The notes under the pieces were generated by a model. That model did no database searches. It worked only from the letters and a program-made list of their open reading frames with translations, and had not been told where the DNA came from. The position numbers were made by a program, and so were the translations under genes. A stretch of 64,000 nucleotides of DNA from Phoronis australis (taxonomy: Eukaryota > Animalia > Phoronida), in NCBI GenBank assembly GCA_002633005.1, contig NMRA01000259.1, positions 357,840 through 421,839 on the forward strand, in the 5' to 3' direction. This document shows positions 1-12,300 of the stretch, piece after piece (positions within the stretch are counted from its first letter, which is position 1; every line of letters starts with the position of its first letter).

Positions 1-330
1 TCGAATATTGGTTTAATATTCTGTTTTGATAAACAACGAATTTGTTGGTTGCTTGATTATATGTGCGTTTATTCTACGACTATCGACTGACTTGTAGATT
101 AGTTTTGACAGTTAGAAGCTCAACTTTGAAGTGTTTTGTGAGAATGCATGACGCTTAATTCAATGAACTTAAATGCAAGCTGAAATTGGGAAGATCTAAA
201 TCATCATCTTCCCAAAATTAAGAAGTATATCAGACGATTTTTCAAATCTAGAATCTTTCTCAAAGATATTGACGCAATTCGGATATTCATTCTGGGCGTC
301 TTAAAATGTACTCATGCATTGTTTATTTAC
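1..330 (-). mobile_element. possible decayed 3' end of an L1/Tx1-type LINE ORF2
   Basis: Minus-strand translation gives interrupted 'LDLKNRLIYFLILGR...FQLAFKFIELS', loosely like Tx1 ORF2 C-termini. It contains stops and the call is weak. Confidence 0.25.
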
Positions 331-1439
331 TTAGAGACAAGACTGGTGGTGACGCTGACATCGAAGCATCTGTTACAAAAACAAGGCGAAAGGGCAAATG
401 AACAGCAAAAATACACTGTAAGCAATAAAGGTACTAAAAGTATATGGAATGCTTCCTCTTGTCATGTTGTAGGGTGATTGCCAAAGTAAAGAGAGTTTTG
501 GAGCTGTTTTTGTTTTTTGGTTGACTCTCGAAGGCTATCTCATATACAGAGCATTGAACGCAGAGGCAACGTCTGAATTAGAATAGGTCTGTGTAACAAG
601 TGGTTCCTGCCACTACAAGAAATGGACACTGCAATGCAACGATTGATCCACATTTCAGCGTCTTCTTACATAGTACATGTGCTTACGGCGAGCTATTATT
701 GCCGCTGCACAGGTAACATTGCTGTTCAATTGACACACAGGCGTGGAATTTTCGCAAGACCAGAACCATTTCTAGGGTCCGTTTCATGAAAACAGACTTA
801 AAATTAAAAACTTGTAGTTTGTCTTACTTTCCAATTTCATATCTGCTGGGAATGGATTAGTCTTGTAATTACGGTCGCATCACGTACTTTTAAATAAGGT
901 ATAGAAATTACCCCCAACATCTTGTATATGATTTCTGAGAGACCGTTAGGAGAGTTTCTCGAGTGAGTTTTGATTATTGGGGACAAGTATATCAGCACAA
1001 GAGTAATATAAATCTTAAATTGTATTAGTAAGTTCAGTCACGGCTCTACAATTAATCATTTTACAGAAGATACCAGATGGATGTCTTAATTACAAGCGAT
1101 AACATAAGCATTTAAAAATACCCAATATTTAACTGAGTATCGCATACAAAATGGCACAAGTTTCTGTAGTACCAAATGCATATATAGTACTAAAATGGGT
1201 ATTGGCCGAATGCCTACTAAGTGGGTCGAGGAAAACTGAATACTCAATAATAAATACCAAATGGATACAAACTGACGAATGGGAAAATATCATATAAAGT
1301 ACCAAGTGAATACACCAAACATCCAACTGGGCTACAGTGTATAACAACATGGCAAAGCAGATTCCGGACAAGCTGAATGAGCAGACCAAGTAGAGTGATA
1401 AAAAGAGATCTTGTAATGAACGTGGTGTTGTGGCTCATT

Positions 1440-2125
1440 TTGTGCCCATTGTCGTGAGAGCTGTGTATAATGCATGTATAAAGGAAAGAAAAGTTGGTTT
1501 ATCTTGTGGCCCCTGAAGACGAAAGTTCTGGGTTGTACGAATTCTGAGCCTGTTCAAACTGAAGTCTGTACTTCGTTCAGAATTTCTTCTGGAAGATCGT
1601 GGGTGTTCAGGGTACAAACACTTACTGTTTGGGTGAAAACCGAGACCAAATTCTCTTCGGTGAACATAACATATGATTTGACTCTATGACTGGTCGTGCT
1701 CAGTCACAAATTTGTCTATCCTGGCTAGTATACGATCCCGTACTGTGCCACTCGCTTGGATTTATGCTGTATTCTCTAGCATCTCAGATGTTCTTTAGCA
1801 TGACTGACTAAAGCCACTAAGCTTTTGTGATCGCACTTTTTTGATAATAATAACAATATTTGACGAAAATTCCCTAAACGAGCAGAAGCGGCCTTTGTTC
1901 CTTATTTTGTTTAAATCGCATAATAGCAATTCTTATAAATTCAAAACTTCAAAGGGATTTATTGACTTTTAGTTGACCTGAATTTGTAAAATAAATGATA
2001 ATAAAAGAAAACAAAGGGTTACATGTACAGTTTTTCTAAATATCCTCAAACCTAATGCCAAATGACTCATTGGGCAAACGTCGTTGGTTTCAGTTTTGAT
2101 ACTGATCGCGTAATGTATCCATACA
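1440..2125 (-). mobile_element. decayed Cys/His-rich putative transposon ORF remnant, copy 1
   Basis: Minus strand reads 'TVRDRILARIDKF...ICYVHRREFGLGFHPNSKCLYPEHPRSSRRNSERS' with stops. A diverged second copy lies at about 8590-9350. Confidence 0.6.
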
Positions 2126-3499
2126 GAGCCACTGTTTCCCGTGCTGCGTATGCGATTATGCTCAATAATAACGATAGATAACAAAAATGATCACAAGCTC
2201 AACAGCATTATTATTAATATTCATATAATCAATTACAATTTTAACAATAAATACACAAGTTATCAAACATCGCGACAGGTTTTCCAACACTTGGGATATA
2301 CGGTGGTGCCAAGGTGAGGCGACGAGTGTTCAATGGATGGCTTCGGATTTATGTGTTTTGTGAATGAGACGTTAAGGTTCCGTAGACCAAGGAAGAAGTA
2401 TTGATTCCCAATAGAGACCCAAGACGTAATACATGACGATATCTCATGAACTCTAGGGTGTTCTTGAGTTTTCGTAAGATTCTTGCGTCTACAGAACGCA
2501 GCCCTGCATAAGATGTCACATTGCTTGATGTGTAGTGTGATTTTTTGGCTACAACAACTTATTCACCATGACACTGTGGGTAATACAGAAGTTGCTCAGG
2601 TGATGATATTCTTTTATACACACGGCATCACTCATTAACCAATTTCTTTACAAGTAAAATGAAGTAGAAAACGTCAAATAGGCAGAACATGAGTAAATTA
2701 ATGGAAATCATTGACAATCTTTTAAGAACGACATGGACATTTACGCTTACAGGGAATAATCACCTGTGTGAGTTATTAGAGACACTTAGCAGGATGACTC
2801 CGTATGTGAACACTTGAACAAAGTCTTTTTTTTTTAAAAAACAAATTTTCAGAAATAAGTGCATGGTCGTAAATAGGGTCATGAGCGCTAAATCTTGTTC
2901 CGCACATAAAGTTGTCATAAATTTCAAAGTATGAAATAACTAAAAATAGAAATAAGCACAGAAAAAGGTAAAATCTGATATGACATGAAAACGTAAGAGA
3001 TCACTACCAGGGGTATAAAAATTGCATAACGAATGCATCCCATTATCACCCATCAGGTTGGCATTGTATGACAATGCATGTGACGTCACACAACAATCGT
3101 ACTTATTCTGCGGACTAGTGTCAACGTTTTATGCAACCCCAAGAAGGAATAAAATCTGTTCTTATTTTTTCAGTTTAAGATTTATTCGTAGGAAATATTT
3201 AATATCAGGAAACCATACTGGAAGCACAGAAACATTCACATTTAAAACAATACGACACCTATTGGTTCACGGCATGAACACAATCACCCATCACAGTCAG
3301 TCAAGAGACATTCCATCACAAACTCATTAGACCCTTTTGGTTTCAAGAAGCCGAATCAACCACTCTCGGGAGTTGGTTCTCAGACAATACGATTTCGGAT
3401 CCCAGTTAAATTAATTTAGCTCAACAAAACAGTGGACTATTAAGACTAAAACTCATACAGTATGGTGAAGTGACTGTAGACACATGTCAAATGTGCAGA

Positions 3500-4290
3500 A
3501 GGTAATACATGAAATAACCTATGAAGGAACAAGTCAAGTTTATAAGGTTATTAAGGTTAGGTAAGGAATACCGATCCATGTTGGCCTAAGAACCATTGGT
3601 GAACTAGGTAAGGACAATGCAATCATTTTATAACTACCTTAAAGCTATTTCACAAAGCATAACTATTGCTACCAAGAGAGATTTCCAAAAGAGTTCCTGC
3701 CAGGAAAAATCCCACGTGGATGCTGTCTTGATCGTTTAGCATGTCAATAAATGTGGAAAATTGTGCCGCGAGGTATCAATATTTTCTTTTTGTTTTAACA
3801 GTTCAAGTTGATTGGCTGACAACACTCTTCTCTTCTAGAAGCCAAGCTGTCGACAAAATGAACTTTCCTCTACACTATACCTTAAAACATGACTAAATGA
3901 GGCTCGTGGGGGTACCTTTAGGGATGTAAAGTCACTTAAATTAATTGACTGCTGACCACTTCTGAAAATATGGGGGGTGCTTTTTTGGAAATACCCAGTA
4001 TGGCCAACTTCAGCACTAAAGAGAACATTCATAAAACTTAAGTTAACATGAGATTTGTTCAGTTTGAAAATAATACAATGTAGAATACGATGAAATATAC
4101 AACAACTTAGATACAACAACAAGCCAGAAGAATGAGGAGACATTTTCAAGAGGGGATCTGTATCTCTACAATATACATACGACAAGGAAATATCATGATT
4201 TAGTAAAATTGATACTCTGATGATAAATTGGCAGTAAACCCTACTTCTTTTGTCAAAAGGAGGCAGCGATTTAGGGACAGTGAGTCGCAC
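3500..4290 (-). mobile_element. possible decayed L1-type reverse transcriptase fragment
   Basis: ORF 3835-4290 reads 'ISLSYVYCRDTDPLL...IIFKLNKS', which resembles a degenerate 'YADD..L....KIN..KS' RT region. The catalytic motif is not intact. Confidence 0.3.
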
Positions 4291-5804
4291 AAAACCATGA
4301 ATCCTGGTAACTCACTGTGAGATAAGAACCATGTTTTACAGATAACCTGCTAATTAGCCGTCAAACCTTTGGTGACGTCACAGCAGCAAAGATGGTTTTA
4401 ATTATACAATCTTCATATCCCAATTTCAAGGTCAAAAACCTGTGTGCTGACGTTTGTTTTCCAACTGGCTAGTGAATCAAAGCAAGCAAAGAAGCACAAC
4501 TGCGAGGATTGTAGAGTCGTGAGTGCACTAAAGTCCTCCCCTTTTGATGCGTTCCAGCCTCTTTTTCAAATCAGCCATGTCGACAGCTACAGAGGGCTTA
4601 TCTGAAGCCTCTGCCTGGGGACCTCCAGAGCTAAACACTGGCTAGAAAAAATAATCACACCGTTTCAGCAGCAAAGTGCAATCATCAATACTACAATACA
4701 TTTTTAGTCGTGAACAGAAGCATCTCATTCAAGCAATTACCACAAAATTCGACTGAAACATACCCTCACTTTGAAAATGACAATTTGTTCCATCAAAGAA
4801 AAAGAGCATCGCAGAGCGTTGAAATGCACCCATAAATACACCGCAAGCGGCGTACTTTTAGCGTTGTTTATTAGTATCATAAAAACGGTCACTAGATGAC
4901 GCAAAAACGTCCAATCCATCCGAAAACGTGAATATGTCATCGCTTCTTTAATAGAAAGCTTTTTATCAAATTTCATGAAAATCTGTCAAGGAACTTCAGA
5001 GAAACCAAGGAAAACAGGAAAAATGAAATTGCCACTAGGGGGCATAGCTTTCGTTGGATCCGCCTGAAAGTCATCGTTGTCAGTAGTTAGCTTCGTACAA
5101 GTACACTTACTGAATTTCTTAAAATCCTGCAGTGGATTAAAGAGATACAGCTATGGGGGCAAAACAGAACAAAACTACCACTAGGAGGCGCCACAGTAGT
5201 TGAAGTCGTCATCGTCAACCCGTCTTCACAACTATCCATCGTAGAACGTCAAGGCCTGTTTACGAACTCCCAAATGTTAGCCAAAGTATTTCCCGAAGCA
5301 GGGTTTGCATTGTTTTCAATACATCAATACTGCCTTGTGGGTTGATTTTGCGTATGAGTACTTTGGATGCATTTGACTGTTATCGAGTTTCACGGCATTT
5401 AATTCCAATACATTGTTGGCAAAAAATTCGGGAGCTAAAAAAACACAGCAGGAGACAACGCTACAGCGCATTTAACTCAGCGCATATGTTGCAAGTTCCC
5501 CTTCCAGTACTTACGGTATTGAAAATACGGTTAAATGTGCTTTACCAGTTTCTACATTGTCTAATTTTATAGGGGTTTCCACACGTGTCAATTTATTTCG
5601 AGAACAAAGAAATTACAACTCGGGCTTCACTCGATAAATACAGAGAATCATGTCCTATCAAAGCAGCGTCCCCTGTCGTAAACTGATACGTCTTTTTAAA
5701 ATTTTGAGTTTTCGCATGTCGTCACTAATTGAGCACGTCATCAACGACTCGTTCAATCGGTGACGTACTTTATGCAGTGAGTTTTCCATCGTGCAGTGTA
5801 CGAA

Positions 5805-7019
5805 ATGGTCCCGCAGACATTGTTCGCGGTGTCTGTCGGTTGCTGGACTTTTTTACACGAGATAATGTTCTCGTTTTATGACATACTTGAGCAAATCCTG
5901 GAAGTAGTTTGGATGTTGATATTAACTTCCGTGGTGATCCAAAGACTGGTATCTATTGCTGCGGAAGTTCTAGTAGATGATGTGGAAGTAGAAAATTGTG
6001 CGCCTAAAGAAGAAAGTAAAGGTTTTGACCTTCACACAAAGAAGTGCAAAGTTAGTGAGGAAGAGGTGTATACTGAGAATCGTAGAAATGACGAGAAAGA
6101 AAGCGTAACGCCGCTCCTTCCTCAAAAGGACAAGCGAGACGTCGAGGAATTCGTCGACTCTGTACTGAGATCAATTGTAGCTGAGGAGCTGAGGAGAGCT
6201 CAAAATGAAACCGGCGACATTCGCAACGAGGCAAAGTGTGGATTGGATGACGGCGATGTTAACGAATTTGTCGACACCTTGCTGCGAGCAATTGTTGCTG
6301 AGGAAGAACAGCAAGCTGAATACAAAAACAACGACATTCGTAACGAGCAAAATTGTGACGCAGATGACGGTGATGTCAACGATTTTGTCGACTCTCTATT
6401 GAGAAAAATAATGGCCGAGGATGTGTCTAGAGCCACCGACCTCCATACTGAGATGAAAGGTGACTTTTGTGACCCAGAAAACCTACCGGAGGACAAACGC
6501 GATGTGAAGGAAGCCGTACATACAGTACAGTTGGCGATGTCTAACGAGACGCGTCTTCTGCAATGCTCAGACAAAGAAGCCGAAACTTGCGGCAAAAAGC
6601 TTTGGGACAACAAAGAAAATCTTGGAGACTTGGAGCAAAATATAGAAGCGCTAAACAGTGTGCAGTCATCTGTAAGAGGGCACAAGAAAGCAGGCGACAG
6701 ACAACACCCAACTCAAGTCGAGAAGCAGTTTAAAAAAGTCAGTTTGGCCGAGGGTGACATTGTCTGGCCGGAAATGAAGCGGGGTGTCATTGCTTCCCCT
6801 GGGCCTGTCCCAGCACCATCCCCTAAGTCAGAGAATGTTCCTGTGGAACCATGCACAAGCACGTGCTACAAAAAGACAGACGGGGTTTTTAGAAGACTCA
6901 GGCGGCGATTGAGAAAACGACGTTCATCTATCGTATCGAGCGATAATCTACCGAGTAACAACCGTCCGTCGCGAGGAAGTATTTGGCTTTGCTGCTGGGC
7001 CTGTCACAAGAATGATTGA
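5805..7019 (+). CDS. intronless 404-aa uncharacterised protein with hydrophobic N-terminus, 39-aa acidic repeats and basic/CC C-terminus
   Basis: It is the longest ORF in the window. ATG at 5805 has purine -3 and G +4. In-frame repeat units start at 6129, 6246, 6363 (117-bp period) and 6492. AATAAA lies at 7067-7072, about 50 nt after the stop. Confidence 0.75.
   Translation: MVPQTLFAVSVGCWTFLHEIMFSFYDILEQILEVVWMLILTSVVIQRLVSIAAEVLVDDVEVENCAPKEESKGFDLHTKKCKVSEEEVYTENRRNDEKESVTPLLPQKDKRDVEEFVDSVLRSIVAEELRRAQNETGDIRNEAKCGLDDGDVNEFVDTLLRAIVAEEEQQAEYKNNDIRNEQNCDADDGDVNDFVDSLLRKIMAEDVSRATDLHTEMKGDFCDPENLPEDKRDVKEAVHTVQLAMSNETRLLQCSDKEAETCGKKLWDNKENLGDLEQNIEALNSVQSSVRGHKKAGDRQHPTQVEKQFKKVSLAEGDIVWPEMKRGVIASPGPVPAPSPKSENVPVEPCTSTCYKKTDGVFRRLRRRLRKRRSSIVSSDNLPSNNRPSRGSIWLCCWACHKND
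6129..6550 (+). repeat. coding tandem repeat, about 3.5 units of 117 bp
   Basis: DKRDVEEFVDSVLRSIVAEE / DDGDVNEFVDTLLRAIVAEE / DDGDVNDFVDSLLRKIMAED / DKRDVKEAVHTVQLAMSNE. Confidence 0.9.
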
Positions 7020-8589
7020 CTGAACACAGTGGAGTGATTCCATGAAAAAAATTTTTCTTTATGTATAATAAACTAGGTAATACTTGTTTGTGAGCGATAA
7101 AAGCGTGCCGACTTGTTATACTCGTGGATATACTAATAAAATGTGCGTGGAATCCATAGTAATTGTCACTATGAACAAAACTAATTATCCGTATTGAAAT
7201 CCCTACTGGTTATTCCTTTGAATCTTAGAATGCGTATGCGAGGATTAGGAGTGACTCCATATAAAAAACAACAGGTAGACTCCATACCTAAAATAGCAGA
7301 TTTCTGTTAGACTGAGCACATGTGTTTGGTTTCGTGAGATGTACAAAAAATTCTTTTTTATAAGAATTTTCAACCATTATTTCTCTTTCTATGACATGTA
7401 CCTCCATTTTGCAACAAAATTGGGCTCCGAATTAAATATGTTTTAATACATTTTACTAGCATGTATAGCTAGAAGATAACAAATGAGTGACACAGTTTTA
7501 AAGGAGTATGATGTAATAATTTAATGGAATAACTTTCAAAATTCATTTTCAAATTTGTATCCTTTGATTGATTTTGTGTGGCAAAACGACTATTTTGCAG
7601 GTTTCACTGAAGCTATTTTCGGCCACATTGGCACTCTGTAGAAGCCATATTTCCCCTTTTCAAGAACTGGTCTTATAAAAATTTGTTTAGTCATACTTTA
7701 CCTCTTCATAATCTAAAATAAAAATTTTGCCTCTACCGTAGTTTTGCTTACAATCCATTACACTAACTAAACGTCGTCCTACTTGCCTGTTCCCAGATGC
7801 CTCAACCACCAATATGAGGCCTCTTTAAACATGTAGTTTGCAAAAAGAATGTATTTTAGAGAAAAATCAGACGGCACTACCAATTACCATTCTTTCAAAA
7901 TTACACTGATGTTTATTACTTATCAAAAAATTATGAACATAAATAGTGACTGATATGCGCGCTTCGTCTGATGATAGATGGCGTCGCTGCTTGTTTACTT
8001 GGAGACTGTGAATGCGACTTGAAGTCGAATCTGCCATACTCGTGTTTTTTTTCTTCGTTGTAAGTGCCAGTGGCATAGGATGGTAGGCACCTAAGGGGTT
8101 ATAGCTCTCTGTTCGGTGCAAAAAAAATCTTTGACTCGGTCAAAACTCATTGTAATTTTGAGTTCGTATTGAAATGTCCCTGCAGGCTGCTACGAGTCTA
8201 CAGACCGGTCGCCGGACACCCCAACGTTGAGTATTTCTGAATAAGCAATTCATGAAAGACAATTTTCTTAATGACTCAGTTCATGACAGATATTAGGGAA
8301 ACACAGTTTATAAAACGGTCTGGACTTCATACCGATTCTGTACCGTAGCAAGGGGGGTGAGATGCAGCCGGGTGCCTGCCGAAAGGGGAGGGGTGCTAAA
8401 CAGGTGTCGTTCAATGAGTGCACAAGGCACCTGATAACTGAGGATTACAAATTGCACAGCTACCAATCTGGGATGGGGGTCGCCACTCAGTGAGGTGTCG
8501 ACGGGGGCTGATTACGGTCATTTCACCTCAAATACAAACTACAATTAACTACGATAAAATACGTGTGTATAGGAAGAACTGGGGAAACC

Positions 8590-9350
8590 AATTTGGGTCA
8601 TTTAAGACCAACTGGGACACAGTTGATCTTGTGCTTCTTGAAATCGAGGGTTCCGGGTGGTACCAATTCTGAACCTTTCCAAACAGAGCCAATATCGACC
8701 GTGAAATATTGTAGTCAATACCTCGTTCAGAATATCTTCTGAAAAGTCTTGGGTGTTCAGGGTAAAGACACTTTTTGCTTGGGTGAAAACCGGGACCAAA
8801 TTCTCCTCGGCATGATTTTACTCCACGACTGATCCTGCTGACTCACAAATTTACCTATCCTGTCTAGTGCGAGTCCATACGTTCTCTGCCACTGCCCTTG
8901 ATTTATGCGGTACTTTCCAGCATCTCAAATGTTGTGAAGTGTCTTTAGCATGACTGAATAAAGTTTTTGTAATCGCACTTGTCTGATGAAAATTCTTTAA
9001 ACCAGTAGAAATGGCCTTAGTTTCTCATTTTGTCTTTAAGAACATGATAGCCTCAGAACCAGTTTTTACAAATAACAATTCTTACAAATTCAAAAAACCT
9101 GCTTTAGATTGTTATGAAAATCAAGTCTAAGGTCTTTCAAATGTAAACAAGTTTTTTACTGGATATATTACGCGATCAGTATCAAAACTGAACCCGTTGA
9201 CTTGCGCAATGAGTAAGTTGGTATTAGGTTTGAGGATATTTACAAAAATTGTACATGTAATCATTTGTTTTCTTCTATTACCATTTATTTGACAATTTCA
9301 GGTCAACTGAATGGAAATAAAACCCTTTGAAGTTTGAATTTGTAAGAATT
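8590..9350 (-). mobile_element. decayed Cys/His-rich putative transposon ORF remnant, copy 2 (distal part inverted)
   Basis: 8620-9095 aligns directly with about 1495-1945 and encodes 'KKCLYPEHPRLFRRYSERG' on the minus strand. 9160-9350 is the reverse complement of about 1928-2120. Confidence 0.65.
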
Positions 9351-9359
9351 TTTCTCATT

Positions 9360-12300
9360 ACTTAAATGTGTTTTGTCCTACATATTTCCATATAGAAAAC
9401 TAGTTTGACTCTTGACATGGTTGCCGGTTGCATGACCCCAATAGACAACTGTTACGCTCACAGGTTTTGTACGCAAGTGAGCGAAAAAGAGTACACTGTT
9501 CACCCCACTGTGAGTATCCAGCGAATTCATTGACTCATCAAAGGTTTGATGGCGCCGCCATAAATTGTGCAACATCCGTAACTGCAAATGTGACTAACGA
9601 AATAAATATGGAACCAAATGCCGTGTTTTTGTTTACGTGTTTTTGCTAAATTAGATTTACTTGAGTTGAGGAAAATTTGACGAAACTATGAACTGATTAA
9701 AGTTGAAGACGCCTCTGTCAGCGTACGATTTAAAAGCTGGCTGTATTGGTGGAAGGGAATCTTTTTTGACGTTCTCAAGACTTGGCTCTTCGTTTTGGTA
9801 GTAATTCCGTCTGAAATAGAGTGAAGACAATAAATTCATAACTTGTAATTCACAGCTTCCTTAGAAGAATCAGCACGTGTATGCAGTACATTTGTGGTGG
9901 TCGATGGTGAACGTGACCCACCAAATTCAAACAAAAAACAAGGCAAGGGAAAAATACAAACGTCATCTATCAAATCCCGTGTGTGGATATGCTAGATCTG
10001 TATCCGTGAAACATTTATCTCGCTGGAAACCAGCTGAAAATTGATAAACACGAGAAGTGATATAGAGTAGGAAACAGGAGAACATCATAGGCCGAAAGAA
10101 CGTGAACTTCAGTGGAATAACATCCGAATTCTTGACAGTGATACAGGTTGGGCACAAAATGAACGACTGAACCTTGTAAATGAAGATACGAGACAGTCAG
10201 TTGAATATGCTGCCAAGCGACCCCACCGCCCGGGTCTAATCTTTGTACTCGAAATAGCGAATTTCAAATTCGTGTTAATATTTCCCATTCTAATATCATG
10301 CGAACTGAAGATAAATGTCTCTTATTCTGTGCTTGAATTCATTATAGTTTACGTAGATGGCTGTCTAATCCTAGTTTTCACTTCATCACCCCGGCATTAA
10401 AGTTATAAGTTCGAGTCTGAACTCGAAATCTCGAGTTTCTACCCGAGTTTGGATCATTAAGTGCGAACTTGGATTAGACTAGCGAAAATCCACATCACGG
10501 AATAGTAGACAACTATCTCAAATTTGGAAAATGACAAATAGTTTTGAGTTCGATATCGACTACGCAGATAAGACCCTGGATGGACCATGGGCTGCGTTGC
10601 ACACACAGCATGACATTAGCTTGCACCTGCGTCGAAAAATCTTATGGAGTGGACTCACTGAACTGAATACCACAATTCAACACACCAACCTTAACGACCA
10701 CTCACTTCAGTGGCCGCCATTTAACTCACGTAACTTCGCGAGGTCTTGCGAGATAAGTTTTTCAAGTAAGGAACTAGATCTAAGCAAAGCTCTTTGGCTA
10801 CGCTTGTCGGGAAGATAATGCTCTTGACGGATCACTCAACATGGGGGTGAGAGTGAGAGACTGACAACAGAAAGGTCTACAGTTCAAATTCCCCTATGCC
10901 AAAACATTCCAATTTATTTAGTGCTCATCATAGACTACCATGTGTGCACCACATACCCGCATTGGCCATACTACTAAGTACCGGAAACCCGCACGGCAAT
11001 CGCGCCTGATGTAAATACTAAGGCCACATTTCTAGACCAGCATACCAGGGGCCTGCTTCTCGAAGGGATCAATTGGATTTTTGTGTTTTAAATTCGAATA
11101 GCTAAAAGTTGGCTGCATGTCTTTTGCCTTTCTCTGAACGTTTTGTCTCCTAGAAAAGACGTTATCAAGACTAATCTCATTGGCCACCGCCATTATTGTC
11201 ATGGATCGTGGCGTCACCTAGCGGGGGTGTGTGCCGCGACGAAGTACGCGAGGCGTCGACTTTTAAAGCCGATTTCATTTTGACAACTTCAAATTTTTGA
11301 AATGACTTCGTTTAAAACATTGGGAATATAAAATATGAGCACCTAGGCAAAATAATTAGAGTAAATCAAGAAAAAAATCAGGCAGGGAAGCTAACGTAAG
11401 TTACGAGAAATACATTATAAGCCAGAGGGTGACTCAATATTCAGTAGTGACCAGGTAAAAGTACACGATTGACGAATGGGCATGTGCAGAACGTGAAGGA
11501 TTTTGTTCTGGGGGTCAGGAAGTAATAAACATAAGACAGGTCTGCTGAGGGTAGNACTTAAATGTGTTTTGTCCTACATATTTCCATATAGAAAACTAGT
11601 TTGACTCTTGACATGGTTGCCGGTTGCATGACCCCAATAGACAACTGTTACGCTCACAGGTTTTGTACGCAGGTGAGCGAAAAAGAGTACACTGTTCACC
11701 CCACTGTGAGTATCCAGCGAATTCATTGACTCATCAAAGGTTTGATGGCGCCGCCATAAATTGTGCAACATCCGTAACTGCAAATGTGACTAACGAAATA
11801 AATATGGCCAAAATGCCGTGTTTTTGTTGATGTGTTTTTGCTAAATTAGATTTACTTGAGTTGAGGAAAATTTGAAGAAACTATGAACTGATTAAAGTTG
11901 TAGACGCCTCTGTCAGCGTACGATTTAAAAGCTGGCTGTATTGGTGGAAGGGAGTCTTTTTTGACGTTCTCAAGACTTGGCTCTTCGTTTTGGTAGTAAT
12001 TCCGTCTGAAATAGAGTGAAGACAATAAATTTATAACTTGTAATTCACAGCTTCCTTAGAAGAATCATCACGTGTATGCAATAGATTTGTGGTGGTCGAT
12101 GGTGAACGTGACCCACCAAATTCAAACAAAAAACAAGGCAAGGGAAAAATACAAACGTCATCTATCAAATCCCGTGTGTGGATATGCTAGGTCTGTATCG
12201 GTGAAACATTTATCTCGCTGGAAACCAGCTGAAAATTGATAAATACGAGAAGTGATATAGAGTAGGAAACAGGAGAACACGAGGCCGAAAGAACGTGAAC

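Noticed and set aside
6200-6685. 161-aa antisense ORF
   Set aside because: It is the shadow of the plus-strand repeat-containing CDS.
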